Assembly (NCBI GenBank): GCA_036172245.1
Contig: JAYWIR010000022.1
Coordinates: 2,046,001-2,110,000, forward strand
Direction of reading: 5' to 3'
Source: Raillietiella orientalis
Lineage: Eukaryota
Length of the DNA stretch: 64,000 nt
The notes beneath the pieces are model-generated. The model had not been told where the DNA came from. It saw only the letters and a program-made list of their open reading frames with translations, and did not search any database. A program made the translations under genes and the position numbers. Below, in pieces: positions 23,961-37,751 of this stretch; the first letter of the stretch is position 1; every line of letters starts with the position of its first letter.

Positions 23961-26559
23961 ATTCCACTTCGCAGCAGGAACAGCTACGAAACCCAACTTC
24001 AAGTCCCAGATGGAAACGGAGGGTTTGCTTATCAGTCCAAGGTGAACATCCCACGGGCAGCACGTCATCAGACTCTGGAAAAAAAGGAGTTTTCCGAAGG
24101 CTCCATCCGTCTGATCCTTCGATGCAGATACAATCAGGTTTCCACGGTTTCAGGAACTTCTGATTCTCAAATCTTATGGGAAAACGAACGCTGTCTCTCT
24201 TAATCAGTCGTTTGGGCAATTCTGGGAGTGCGTCCCCTGTCTGATACCTTGCAGCTCCCTAGCAACCAAGTTCTCCTCCCGTATGCTGATTTCAGCTTTT
24301 CTTTGAAGATTAATCAGTTTCAATTAACTATTCATTCCATGCTTTCCTGTTTTTCTGGCGCGATTCTGATAATCGGCTTGAGAATTCTGAATAGCAAGAT
24401 CCCTTAATTCAGCAAAGTAGAGTCGCTGGAGCCTTAATTTTCGTTCGTTTCAGAACTTTCAGGAAGAAAAAGCTTCCATAAGTCAACTATGAAAATTCTT
24501 TGAGCTGTCACGGCTAATTGGTTCTGGTTCTCTGGCTTCTCTTTAGTGAAGAAACGAATCGAAAGATCAAACTGAGAAAACATCTCCGAATTCCGTGATG
24601 GTACCTGTGCGTTTCCTAGTTGACTGCCCCAGTGCCGAGGCCCGCTCATCTGCCCATATGGGCGTGATTTTGTGTCCTCCGATGAAGACGAAGGGACCAT
24701 TGAAAGTTTTCATTCCCCGAATTGCTGCCGAGGTTCTCGTGCAAACATTAAACTCTTCTCTGATACCGAAGCCAGAGTGTCGAAATGGAATTCTGGAAGC
24801 AAAGTTTCCTGAATCACAGAATTTGCCTGTTTTTTCTTTTTTTTTTTAACCCGGTTTAGATTGACTATGTGTTAGGTTGCGTTGCCGTGGGCAACATGGA
24901 GATCTCGTGTGAAAAATGAGTAAACTTTAGTCCATTTTTCTTTCTAATGCCGATTTAAAATACCTCTAATGTTTCTCTCTTAACACTTGAAGGAGATTGC
25001 CATTATACACTGCGAAACTTTCAAAGTGAAACAAAAAGTTCTGTCCTACGATCTCGCGAATGTACGAGGCGGATACTGGGAGGAAAATCTAGAGGAAGAA
25101 ATACAAAGATGATCGCTCAGTCTGAGATCTTGCACGACTTTCTACTCTTCATGAAACATGGTTGTCTTCTTCCATCCCCTTCCCTTTAGTATCTCCTTGC
25201 TTGTGGCTCCAAAGGGGAAACTCTCCAAATCCTTGGGAACCACATCAAAGCGGTTTGAAGACTGCGTCTTTTCGATTCATACAGAGTCTTCCAGCAGATA
25301 ACTGGATCTGCACGAGGACCTAAAGATCAACTGTCACATACAAGGTGGAGAAGCTGTAAGAAGTGGGTGATTTCGGCTATGTGCAGAAGAGAAGCATGCA
25401 TCAACCGGTGGAATCTTGCTCTCAAGGAGAAAAAAAACTGCTCCACTTGTTTTTCCTTCACGAACTATCAACTCTCCGACGAATATCAGATCCTGCCGGA
25501 GCAGTTGTCTAAGATCATCCGACCTTCGTGGAATGCAGCGTGGTACTTAGGAAAGCAATCACTGCTTCAAAAATCCAGAAGATGCATCGCAGAGCAAAGT
25601 GCAAGGACAGCAAAGGTAGCTGACGTATCTCAGTAGGTTGCTGCCTGTCAGGGTGGAACAGTTGCTTTCGAAATACTCGAACCATCCTATGAAATCCTGT
25701 TGAGCTTCATTCGTGACAAGACTTTTGCATCTTCCAACGCTCGTGAGTCACACAAGCTTCATCGCTCTGATTCATTCATCCTCATTCATCATTCAGATCT
25801 TTTGATCCAAGATTCGACTTTGCAGCAGTGGAATGCTGACATCTGTTGTTTCCTTATTCACTCCTTCCACATATAGTCAGTCCTCTTCGTGCACGGGTGA
25901 AGAGGGAATACGGGAAGAAATGTGCCGCAACGGTTCCTTAAGTTGATGCTGTTGCTGCTGTTGTTTTTTCCTTCTGTGCATCCCCAAAACCTCAAGACTG
26001 CTTTCTATCTTTGCTTGTTGTAATTATGTTATTTTGTTATTCTACGCATGCAACTTTGCGAAATGCATTCCATCAGAATGAAGGTTTGCTTTTCCAGGAG
26101 CTCTCCAGGACGTTGCTCACACCAGGAATTTTGTAGACCTTTCAAGCAAATATCTAGCAAATATGTGGATCAATCCACGTTATCAATTTGGAATTCCGAG
26201 GGAATTTAGTAGTTGCAAACGACACCAGGATACCATCAGGTGACCAGTGATCGCATCAGTAAAGTGGAGAAGATTGGGCCTGTCTCAGCTCGAGACAGGC
26301 TTCTATTCCTGAAACAAATGGAAACTTAGTTGACCTAGGTAGTTGAGATTGCTCACACCTCAAAGGACCGGTTTATGTGCTTTGGATCGAGTTATGTGGT
26401 CTCATTCAAGGCACGTAAACGTAGCGGATTTTACAGTTCACTTTAGTACAAACTGACATTGCCCCATTCTGGAGCGGCATCACCTTGACACCACGGAATC
26501 ACCTGTGATTTTGAACCACCGTCGGAAGGCGCTCTCGAGTGAGAAGTGCGAGCTGCTGA

Positions 26560-26900
26560 GAGCTCCACAAGGTACCAACACGGGACCAGTGGCATTCGCA
26601 AATGATGAAGAGGAAACCTTTTGGATAATTATGATTTCTGTAGCAATGGATGAAGAGAATTTCAGAGTAGTGAATATGAAGGAAGGGACATGACTGGATC
26701 TAGGGCTTAAAAGAATGCATCTTGGTATCACGGTCTTTCTACGAACATCACCAGTGCACAGTTTTAAGTGTACTCGCTCTACGAAGTCATGGGAACCGAA
26801 CACACTATGGATGCAGCTTCGTGCTTTTAGAGACCTTATTGGAGGTAGGCATAAGTCACTATGCTTATGCACTGTGCGGTCAGCAGAGAAGCAAGCGGCT
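26560..26900 (+). mobile_element. Decayed non-LTR reverse transcriptase fragment
   Basis: APQGTNTGPVAFAND (cf. GVPQGTxLGPxxFxxxIND), then HLGITV and LWMQLRAF...VRSAE (cf. LGVxI and LxxLRxL...VRSxLEY). Confidence 0.4.
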
Positions 26901-29499
26901 TCTGCGCACTGCGCTATTCATTTGAAGGCAAATGTAGCAATGGACCACATCTGGATCCATTGGATCCATCTGGATCTACCGCGATGAACCCCCCATGTGG
27001 AAGTGGGAAATCAATAAAGCAAAGATCTCACACATCCTGTTACAAAAAGCAAACATCACATCGGAACTCTCCAAATACTGCATGTTGCGCTAGTAAAAAA
27101 GATTTCTGTCCATATGGAATCAGGAATACAGCAAGCCAGTTGAGACTGAGTCAATATTATCTCTGCGTTCAGGAATTCCCCCATCTGGAAAAAGCATTTC
27201 TCGAAAATCGAATGATAAAGGGTTTTCGGAAAATTTCAGGAATATACCGCGGGCTGTTTGCCATTAGGTGCTGCAAATTTCAATGCAGAGGAATTTTAAC
27301 TGACCTTGAGACTATCCCTGTATGTTGGATTCTGTATCTAAATGAGCAATCCTGGCTCAGCTAAGTTCCGCTTCCCTTCACACCACTGCAGAAATACGTA
27401 TCGCGCGTAGGCATGGGCGAGTTCTTCATCAAACGAAAGGATTGAAGTTTATTGGAAAGCACGAAGCGTTTCCACTTGTATTGATCCCTATTGCCGTGCA
27501 CTTATCCCGCGACACGGGAACACTTCCTTTGGGGAAGTGGCCCTCATTAAGATAAACTGTACTTATAACATTCATGGATCCCTGCAAAGATCCCTGCAGT
27601 GCTAAGATATGGATGGGGCGTTTCTTTCCTGTCTGAAAACCACCCTACTACTTTCTTTTTGATCGCACCAGTGACGGGAATTGCATCATCAGAGGGAGAT
27701 GACCAAGGATTTCTCGCCAGTACGGAGGAAGAAAAGTTCCAGCGTTGGCAGGGGAAGACAAGCAAGAAGGCGGTTCAGGGAATGAATTCAGTCAGTTGAG
27801 ACTTCCTCGGAACTTCTAAAGAAAACTCGTTTCAGAAATTGCATAAACTTCTGTCAACTGCTGAAGGCAGAAGCAGATGAATAGCAGCTCTGTTCAGCCA
27901 TAATTATCATTGAAAGAAGCAGTTGTGCGGCAATTTGTTATTTCCGATAAAACAGAATCGCACTACACTCTTTTCGTTACTGGGTTCGCCCTCTGAAAGA
28001 TGATCCTTCAAGGAATGGCCTGATACTTTTCCAAGAAGACGAGTTCTTCACGTCAGTGAAATAAGGGAAGGCAGCACTCAAGAGAAAGAGTCCAAAGTCT
28101 GGCTGCAAATTTTTCGACGGAAACTCTAAGAGGGGGATGGGTCGTTTGGGAGTCTTCAAGCGAGAAGAGCTTCATCAGTGTGACTACCATGCAGTACACA
28201 GTGCCGTTTTCGCACTGCTTTGAACAGCGAAGCCCGAAGGCACTCCAGGGCACCCCAATTTTTCAGCTGCCCTCGTCGAAATTCTTCAGACTGCTTCTGA
28301 GGTCTTGGAGAGGTCTTCTTGTGATGAGGATTCCACTTTCGAGTCCGTGTGGCATTTATCCCGCGAGTGCCGTCTCCACCTTCTCATCGGAAACTTCCTT
28401 CGTTTTCGTGCCGTTCCGCGGACATTGGTTCCGGCTGCTTTCTACGCAAAGGAAGGAGGCAAAGTGCTGGCAGGAATACGAGGAAGGGGTACTCCATGAA
28501 GTGCAACCCTGATTACGATCATCAGAGCATCACGGGAGCAGATCCGAGAAATCCTGACACCATTCTAGAATGTTTTCTGCACGTTTAAGGAACCTCTCTG
28601 TTGCTTCCCTTTGAATAAAGTTGTTCAACTTTCTAAAGAAGTTTACATCCTTGGAAAGCTGGAGGCGAATTGGTTGGTGCTCACCTTCTTGGAGCTCCAG
28701 GTATGTGGACTCGCAATGAAGATGCAAACTCAGGGAGAGGTCGCTGGCGAATGGCGACCAAGGCATAAAGGAGTCGTGGCCGTAAATGAAACCAACATGC
28801 TAATGCTCAAATGCAGCTTTTCCTTTGGAGAACAAGAATTTCTACCGGGTTGAAGCGGTTTACAAGAGAAGCAGAAAATAAGGATGAATTTCGAAAAATT
28901 CCTGGTGTTGGGAATCATCGCAAGAAGGGATGTCTTTTCGAAGTCTTTCCCTCCCTTCACCTGAGCTCAGTGACATCGTGACCAAGGTGATAACTGGCGC
29001 TTGTGATTTTTGAAAATGAATACTTAGTGTCAGAACTAAAGAAGCATCTCGTGATTTTCAGGAGTTTCTTCATCCACGGACAGTAAAAAGCATTTTCCAG
29101 TGACCCTTCGTTATTTAGATACAAACTACTAGATAAGAGGCAAAAAAACAAAAAAAAACTCCTTACTATAAGAAAAAAAGGGTGCATCAAACCTAAAAAA
29201 GCAATGCAATTACTTCTCTTCACGCCCTGGTGATGGATGACCTTCGCAGAACTGGAAGTGTTCATGGAGCCTCTCGACTTCAATCCCCCCCCCTCTCCTT
29301 CAAAAAAAGTGCTTCTCTGGAGATCGGGATCGGTCGGCCAATTCATATCATCACTGATGAGTAATACGGATGACTGCCCTTTGGATTCGATCGAGATCAC
29401 CATGTTAAAAGTAGATGGTCACCTTTCACTTTGAGGCTTGGCGAAGGAAAACTTGCAGGAAGCCCTCACTTTCTGTGTTATTCGAAGCCATGAAGCCAT

Positions 29500-30200
29500 T
29501 CTCACTACCTTTTGGGGAAGCAAACTCCGCAAATCGCAGGGATTCCGAAGTTCGAGGACTCGCGATTCGAAAATCCAATTCTTTGTGAACGTCTTCTTTC
29601 AAAACGTCTCTTTTTCCATATCAAAGCAAACCAAATGGAGCTCATCTGATTCCACGCCTTTCTCATTGCCGCTCGCATGGAAATAGACAGAGTGCAAGAA
29701 GTGGTCAAGAGGAATTCGCGTCTGGAAGCACCTCACATCATTCCAAATTTTTGTGTGTGTGCATCCCCTGTGGAAAGAAACCTTACACCGAGACGGCATG
29801 TGCGACAAATCAATCAATGAAGGTCGACAAGTTAGCGTCGGAGGAAGATGAACACATTCTTCCTGTTCGTGAAACTTTCAAGACCGACATTGCTGCCGTT
29901 TGCTTTCTCCAGACTCGCCCGATTTCGGTGAGCTCCGAAGAGAGGGAATTGAAAATACGAGGAGAAAAACAGTTGCGTATCCAGCAGTTGACAGTCCAGG
30001 GTTGTTGGACCAGAACTGGAAGTGTCGGTCCCAAGATAGCGAAGCGGTGACCAATGGGCCGATCCATGTGGCAGAAAAAAGGCACACACCCAAATGCCTG
30101 AATTCCGTCGCACGAGAAGGACAGCACAACGGGCCATTCAAAAATGGGCACCTGCTCACTTCTTTCTCCACGCCGCAAAGTGGAGCCAGAAATACTTGCT
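29500..30200 (-). mobile_element. Decayed CR1-like LINE 3' fragment
   Basis: FLNG...EFRHLGV...SLSWDRH...IRNCF, then RKAWNQM; these follow the order of CR1 ORF2 C-terminal motifs (LNG, DLGV, LSWxxH, WNxLP). Confidence 0.45.
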
Positions 30201-32709
30201 TGATGGATCACCAGTGGACGAACGGGAGTAGCGGACTGTTTACCGCTTCCCATCCTCAATCTTCATAATCCGTGAACGACCTCACGGTTATCAGTCAACA
30301 ACAACTGGAAGAGAGGCAGATGAGACATCATGCACTTGGAAAAGCACATCTCAATTTTTTCGGACGATCCTTGCTGCTCGGATTTTCCTTCTGATGAGCT
30401 GCCGCGTCTCCAGCGTTGGACCAAATGATGGATTTTTGCATTTATTGATTCTCAGCTTGAGCACTGGCGGAGTGTGAAAAGTCGTGTTGAGCTCACCTCG
30501 GATTACGCGTTCGGCTCTGCTTCGCTTTCCCCGGTACCATCATCGTTTCTTCGACAGATTTTAATTTCACGACAAGGACAGGGTGAAGTGTCTAAGAGCA
30601 GCAACTTGGTTGCTATTGTCAACACGGGAAGCTGAAGGCAAACCGCAGTCGTAGTCAAAGGCTCAGAGTGTAAGGATCGAGGAGTTTCCAAGCATCCTGA
30701 GATCCTGGGCAAAATGGCTTTAAAGGTTCATTTGAAAGCGGTCCTCAGCTAGTGCTCCTCCTCAGGATGCTTGCGACGATGTTGCCGAGATAAAGGTGAC
30801 TATGAGAGCATTCCGTTTCCGATCCTGTAAGTGCTTGGCAACGAATGCTCTGTCAAACGAAGGACTCTTAAAAGCACGCAGTCCATGATATGGCCCCGAC
30901 TTAAAGCCACTTCCAAGAAATAAAAGCCGGTTGCTTGAAGTGAATGTGGCGCCAGCACTCTGGTGATGGAACAGTGATGGTGCATTCGGCACTCTTCTCT
31001 ATCCCTTATATTGATACTTTTTTTTTTTTTTTTTGAAAGATGCTCGCTGGTACTTGAGGGTTGAGGTTCTTTTACCGTCGTGTTAGACATAATGATTCTT
31101 CATAGTCCCCCCGTGTGATGGCTTGTTGTCGCGGAGTGGAGACTGCAGGGCGTTTTGATTTGGGTGTCATTCGAAAAATACCCTCCTGTTAGCTACGGTA
31201 GACCCAACGCAACTGCGTTCATGGAACAAGAGACCCCTGAGAGAATCCAGGATCAGCTTCAGCGGGAACAGAATCAGATCGATCGCCTTCCTCATCACCA
31301 CTGGCATTGTAATAAGAAGCGCAAGAATGAGGAACACTTCTACCATCATCTTACAAGGAGTTTTGTAGAGGGAAACAGGTATCAGGAACTGCGATGCAGA
31401 ATACCCACCCGCCTGGACATACCACCACATCTTGAACAAGACGGAGGAAGCTGCCCAAGTGAATGGATGCCCGCCAGCCCCTAATGATCCCCTTCCGAAG
31501 AAAAATCGAACGTTGACCGACAACTTTCTGTGCAGAACACTCAATAAAGTGTCTACAGACACGTATGGCTAAGGGAATTGCATGCAAGTCGTGTCACAAA
31601 TTCCCCCCAACCCTAGTCGGACGTCAACCCCAGTTGACATGCAGCTGATGCTCTTGCGAATCTCCCCGGTAACCATGTCAGGATCTGAGAGTGAGGTGGT
31701 ATGTGGATCTGAAAATCAAATGCAAGAGGGTTCATGGGGGTGAATTCCAGGGAGGTGACGCACCATCAGGCTTCTGTATTTGAACGTGACCCTGGATGCA
31801 CTCATCTGGTTTGATTGTTGAAACTTTCAAGACTGCGGAGGTTGCCAGAGAAGATGCTGTTGGGCGATTTTCCCGAAAGAGGGCGCATCAAACCCAAACG
31901 TCCTCATGAAATTTACTCTCTTTCAAGAGACTGAAGGACGCGAGCCAAGCGGTGGAGGACGACAAGAGCGCGGTCCGTCTGGGCGGATGGAGAACGGACC
32001 AGATTGCGATGGCCTTGGCAGCCGTGAGGGGAGGGTAAACCTCTCAAAGAGAGTCGTGAGCTGAGCTCCCGGGTGCACCTCCTAAACAAGTGGCTTCTCG
32101 GGATATAGGAGACTACGAAGGTCTCTGGTCACGCACGGCAGAGTCCGGAATGCGCGCGGAGGTACATGAGGAGCGGGCAAGTGGATCGGGCATGCGGAGG
32201 AGTGAGGGATGAGAGCGAGCGGCTTCCTGGGAGGGACGGCCCAGTGCAAGAGAAAGGGGGCGCGTTCCCGAGATCCCACTGCGGACTTCTGATGGAGGAT
32301 GCGGGTGCCATCGCGTAGCTTCTCGGCTCCCGTGAGCTTCCGGAGGAAAGCTGCTCGGTGAAAGAGGGGACGGGATTCCTCGTTGCAAAGAAGTGGGAAC
32401 AGCGACTGTGACAGCGATCCGCAGAAGATTCCCAGGTCCTCGTCGACAGCATTTGGTAGAAAAGTCGGTAGGAGGCTGGCGACCGCGGTGACTTCCAGAG
32501 TCAGTGCCTCTCCAGATCAGAGTCTTCCGATTGCACGCAGTTCCTCTATCTGTGGAGAAAGGAAAGGGGAAAAAATCGACCAAAAGATGCACCTTCTTCG
32601 GTAAAAAAAAAAATAGGAGAAAACAGGGGATGAGGATCCCGATCCTCCTCGGTCTTGGACTAGGAAAAGGGTGATAGCCACATCGCTAAATCCAAACTGG
32701 AACGTGCTT

Positions 32710-32815
32710 CCGGAGTTCCCTTCAGAGGCAACCAGGGTGGAGGATCCCCTTCGGGGTTCTCTCCCAAGAGTGAGAGAGGAAGAGTTTCCTCCTCCGGAGC
32801 CATTCCAGGTTTCCG
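32710..32815 (+). repeat. Fragment of GC-rich interspersed repeat family R1
   Basis: caaccagggtgg...tcccaagagtgagag...ggagcc shared with 39582-39660 and with the reverse complement of 58480-58566. Confidence 0.7.
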
Positions 32816-33489
32816 AGGCACCCTACAAGCGTAGTCCGAGCGACACACCACTGAGGTGTCGCTTGAAGGCCCTAGAGAGGAATGCCGCGCTGCATACCTT
32901 GAATCCAGGAAGATGTTCTCTCACACCTAGCCACAAAACACGGAGGATTCTCTTTCCTGAGTTCAGGACGTCATCTCACTCCTTATCCCGCCCGGTGACC
33001 AAGCCAGTGGATGCTGCTTACGTTACAGCTTTGCCGGATTCTCGGGGAGACGGACTAGCGCCTCATCTTGGCAGCTTGCGGCCGTGGCAGAGAATGGGTG
33101 GTGTGCCGGATTTCATGGGTTTGGACCCACAAGATCTGGTTTCCGCCGAGTCCTGAAGCCATCTACGTGAACAGAGTTAACATCGCGGGTTGGGTGTCAC
33201 GCAATGTTTGACTCTTCCTCCTCTTCCTCGCCCCTTTCCCCCTCCCTGAGCGCTGGTGTGCTGATTTTGCAAGGTGAGCAGAGGTCCCAGGCAGTCACTC
33301 GACTGCACCTGTTCCGCGTCTTCCAACCACCGGGATGGTTCCTAAAGACCGAAACTAAAGGTCGCTGCAGGAGTTTGGCGCAAGGACGATTTCTCTATCG
33401 CAAGAAGTCAGAAAGGCCAAGAAGAGCGTGGCACGGTACGCGTCGGTTACTGAAGCAGTCCGGAGCAGAGGTGATCACTCGGAACCAGC

Positions 33490-33715
33490 GCAGGATGGCA
33501 GCGTCGATCATCCGACTCGACTTCTTCCTCCAAGGGAGGCCACCTCCCGGCTGTTCTCGCGTAGGCGGTTCCCTTCGCTTTGCCCGAGACCTCAGAACGT
33601 TGCGGGCTGTAACGAGGGCGCGAGGATGCAACATCTCGGAGCCATCTGGGGTCCTCCGCGCGCGAAGATTCGCCGCGGTGAGTTCTTGGAGCTGTCCCCG
33701 CGGTGCAGGAGCTCC
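33490..33715 (-). repeat. Diverged interspersed repeat, homologous to 13683-13915 (+)
   Basis: See the 13683-13915 entry; one frame gives RWPPLEEEVE versus RWPHLEEEVE. Confidence 0.6.
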
Positions 33716-36700
33716 GAAGACACCCTCCTCCACAGTTCCTGGAGGGCACCATGAGCAGATGCGCGATCATTTCCATCGAACCTCATTTGGCGCACCTTGG
33801 GGACTCAACTCCCCACCCCTCCCGGAAACCTTAGCAAGATGGAAGGTCGTTGGTTCCCAAAGCGGCACTAAAGAGCACAGTCTCGGATATTCAGGCACCA
33901 ATCCGCAGCGGCAAACTGCGAAGCCGCAGTTGGAGATGGTCCTCTCATTGCCAACTGCAATTTGTAGAAGTGGGAAAAGTAAGAAACCCTAAACACCACC
34001 GTTCCTCTTCCTGCGCATCCATTTCTTACTGCCGGCGACTTTGGCGTCGTTCGCGACGGGTTCCCCGCGCATAATGTCTTTGCTGCGTTTACGGAGCCGC
34101 AGAGGTTTCCTCATGGCTGCTGCACGAATGAAGGCGCGCGATTTGGGCAGGTCCTCACCGCCACCTGTAGTCGGCAGTCTCTCTCCCGCGGGCACTCTGG
34201 AAATCTTTGCTGAACAAGGAGGGAAGGGAACAAAAGCTGCTCTCTCTTCCCTTTGCTCTTTCCAGTCCATTTTAAAGCCTGGTCTGAGAAATAAGGCCTA
34301 CCGGAATGTCTATGAGGGAGGGTCCCTAGGGGTGGGGCCGATTCCCGGGCTGCTTTCCGTGGACCGGGAGTTCCGTTTGGTCTCCCCTCGCGCAGAAGGC
34401 GGAGCATCAACATCCGACTCCTTCCAAACCGTTGCGGTGGGATTTTTTTGGTAGGCAGCAAATGAGGAGAGCTGGCTCGAATCCGCTCCGGATGACCTGA
34501 GAAGCCGGAGCCTTCTTCTTCTAGCACGCAATGAAGATAATTGCCGAGAGCACCCAACCCCATTCCGGACAATGGGTAGGAGGTGCTCTTTACACAGGAA
34601 ATGCCTCCTTTAGCTAATAATTAGCAAATCAAAAGAGAAGCAAAAGACCATTCTGATTTGGCAACAACAACAAAAAAAAAAATTGCTCTGTCCTCTGTTT
34701 GCCTGCCTTGAAGGTCAGAGGAAAGCAGAAGAGCATGGAAGGTGATCGTTTTTTCACCTGGGGAGATTTTCGAGGAAAAGGAAAGGCTTGCTGAGATTTG
34801 GATCTCTCCGACCTTCGGGCGCTGACCGAGATCACGGGGTATGCCAAAGGGGACAAATTCTCCACAGCAGCCCACCTTCTGAGAACCCGGCTACACGACG
34901 AACTACCATCGCGGTCCACATTCTGCCACCGCTACATCCTTGCGCAACGCAACACCTAAGAGAACCGCTATAGGCGCTCCTGTAGCCACCAGAACTTCCT
35001 GATTGGTGATGCCTCCTACCGAACCCAAACTCGACAGGCGCAGCGTACCGAAGAAGCGCAGTGACCATCTCCAAGTTCCCCATCTTGCCACCGCCCCTCG
35101 ATCCACATTCACCCCCAGCATGGATGGAACGACTTCTCAGATGTCCACCCTTTGGCCCATTCATAATGGAACCAAATCCTGAAACAGGCACGTCCACAAA
35201 ACCATGGTAACCTACCCTGCACCCTCTGGGGATCTGTGTCCATCTCCCTTGGAGCCAGTGGCTGAATGTGGCAGCGAAGACACTCGCGCGGCGGAAGATC
35301 GCGAGGTGGAGTCACGACCGCAGCCCAGACGTGGGGGGAAAGGGGGGGGGGCGAATACGCGCATTCCCTGCTTCGACCTTCACGACTGCTCCGGTGCTCA
35401 GCGCATTCAAGGGAAGCTCATTCCCTCGTTCGGTGCTGCGTGGAGGGGGGGACGAGGGGAGGGGGAAGGATTCTTTTAGCGGAAAAGAAAGGCGGGACAC
35501 GCGCGATCCCCGCGAAAATCGTCACGGATGAGCACGCGCATGCGTGTCCGCGTTCACAGCAGCAGATGGATGACCGCGACGAAATATTCATCGCGCCAGA
35601 ACATAAGAAACGAAGGGTTGATTGCACCAGAGGTGATGAAGGAACGAAGCAGAGGAGTGCTGCTGCCGGTCCAAATTTTCGCCCGGTACGGGAATGCGAA
35701 CGGGAGATGCCGAGGAAGGAAAAGTCTCGGCGCCTCTCGTTCCAGAGGCCGACGCCCTGCGAGCTGCTCTTCCCGGCCGCTGCAGAGTGGCGTCCCGCTC
35801 CTCCCCGCATTTTACGACCACAGAAGCCTCCCTGAGGCAGCATCCCCTGGTCAGAGGGTGGGTCCAAAGGAAGGAGGAAAAAGAGGGAAGCTTCGAGGGA
35901 TGGCGTCCTCAGAAAAGATCCTCTTACTTCCCCCTGGCTTAGGGAATGCCCACCTGTAGCGGGACCGTCCCTGCTTCCCCACCCCGATGCGGTGTAGGAT
36001 GCAACAAGCACGGAAACGAGGGGACCTTCGTGCGATTTGGCGGGAGACTGCCTCCCCTCTCTCCCTCCCTTCCCTTTCTGACAGGAGCTTGAGAGTCGTT
36101 TTGCAGCGACGAGAGGCCAAGCCATCGCATTCCCTATTTGTTCATTTATTCATCCGCCCTACTTTCGTCTCCAGTGATGTCAATCCCTTCCGTTTCGGAG
36201 CATGTCGGTCCCCTCCAGCCCCTAGAAGTTTTATTGATTATTTATTTCGGGGAAACGGTCCAGAGATAAGAAGGCCGAATCCTGCAAAGGTGCATCTGCT
36301 TCCTCGGAATTCATCGGGAAGAATTGTTCCAGGTCCTAGGCTTCCCTATCGCCGCCTCCATCCTTCTTCCCCTTCACTGCCAGGGCGCTGCCGTCCTGCA
36401 GGTGCTCTGGGACTATCCTCGAAGCGAGGAACGTCACCGATCCTCCTTCGGGAGGATTCCCAGGGGAGCGTCCCCACTGAGGAACAGTGAAGACCCTTCC
36501 GCACGTGCTTCCTCAATGAGCCAAGCTGCAAGTGGACACTCCAGCTGCTCATGGACGCCCAACGGTATCTCAGGCGAACCCTCACCCCCTTGGGTTTACC
36601 GGTTGACTCCTCGCTGGCGATCTCCTGTCGCATGCGAGCGGACGGGCGAACTCGCCAAAGCGGAAGGAGGGTGTGACGCTGTGGCCCCAGAAGGCATCCC

Positions 36701-37247
36701 TGATCTCTACCGCCCTCGTGGGAAGAGGGATGGAATGGTCCACTTCTCCGGGATGTAAAGCGTCGCGACCAGGGAGCCTCAGGTCGATTCCGGTTGTGCC
36801 ATCTCGAAGCCAGTGACAGCACCCCATTCCCCTTCCACCCCCTCTCTCGCCCCAAATCCTATGCAGACTCTCATGCTCCCAGCGACGACGTAGGTTCCTG
36901 ATTGCTTGTTTGTTCCTTGAGGCTGCTTCTCCTCCCTCCGTTCGCCCCCTAGCCTGGACCCCAACGAAGTTTCGGCCCTTTCGTGGGGACCCTTTCTTAC
37001 TGTAAAGTTTTGTTTGTTCGTTCCAGAATAAATGGCACGCGATCCTCGACCTTCTCGCTCGAGTCACATCCTGCAGGGGCACAGGAGAATCGCTTGGGAG
37101 GCGGAGTCGGACCTTGGATGCTGATAATCTCTTGACCTTGGTCTGGGCGATCCTCCGCCCGCACTCGCCGTTTCGACTGGAAGTCAGGCAGCAGATCGCG
37201 AGGTCGCGCGCTCAGAGGAAAGTCCAGAACGACTCCGGATTTGAAAT

Positions 37248-37253
37248 TTTATT
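37248..37253 (-). promoter_or_regulatory. Candidate polyadenylation signal of gene B
   Basis: First AATAAA I saw on the - strand after the gene B stop, about 390 nt downstream. Confidence 0.3.
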
Positions 37254-37643
37254 CAGCAAAAAAGTGGCAGAAGGTGGTTGGGACCCTCTGGCCATCTGGA
37301 GGACGACGACGAGGAGGAGGGAGCCGCGCGACTCGTCCAGCGACGGAATGAACGGGAAAAAAAAAAAAGGGAAAAATCCTTCCTCCAGGAACGGGCACGT
37401 GCACTCTTCCGAGATGGACGTCACTATGGCAACACGGAGGAACCTTCCCCGCGCCGTGTAAAAAAACGGGAAATCCTGAAGATTCCTCGTCTTCCTTCTT
37501 TCTCTCTTTGGGAAGGAAGGGGGGCAAAGAGGACGGAAGGTGAATTCGTTTTTTGTTTCTTTTTTGTTCATGAGGATGAAAAATCTTGGGGACGGATAAA
37601 AATGATCTAAATAGGAGCTTGAATTTCGAAGGGCTTGCGAAAA

Positions 37644-37751
37644 TCATAGGGGTATCGCTTTCCTGATGGCTTGGGTGTACAGGGAGAAGTTCCCCTGGGT
37701 TCCATGTTGGAAACCTGGCCCGAACTCGCCGTCGCTCAGCGACCTCGCCAT
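37644..37751 (-). CDS. Gene B exon 19 ([35 protein letters not shown])
   Basis: ttccag acceptor after a 51-nt gtgagc intron; TGA stop; no domain homology recognised. Confidence 0.6.
   Translation of the reverse strand: MARSLSDGEFGPGFQHGTQGNFSLYTQAIRKAIPL

Noticed and set aside
31155..31900. Hydrophobic 131-aa ORF (31167-31562, -) and a YRSLMVRHLPG trace resembling the end of a Gypsy RNase H
   Set aside because: No further motifs in the expected order and stops nearby; cannot be supported.
32630..32665. Hairpin (gaggatc/gatcctc) followed by CTAG, like a Helitron 3' end; also a 9-bp stem at 26278-26300
   Set aside because: The base after CTAG is G rather than T, no 5' TC end or second copy was identified, and short hairpins are common by chance.
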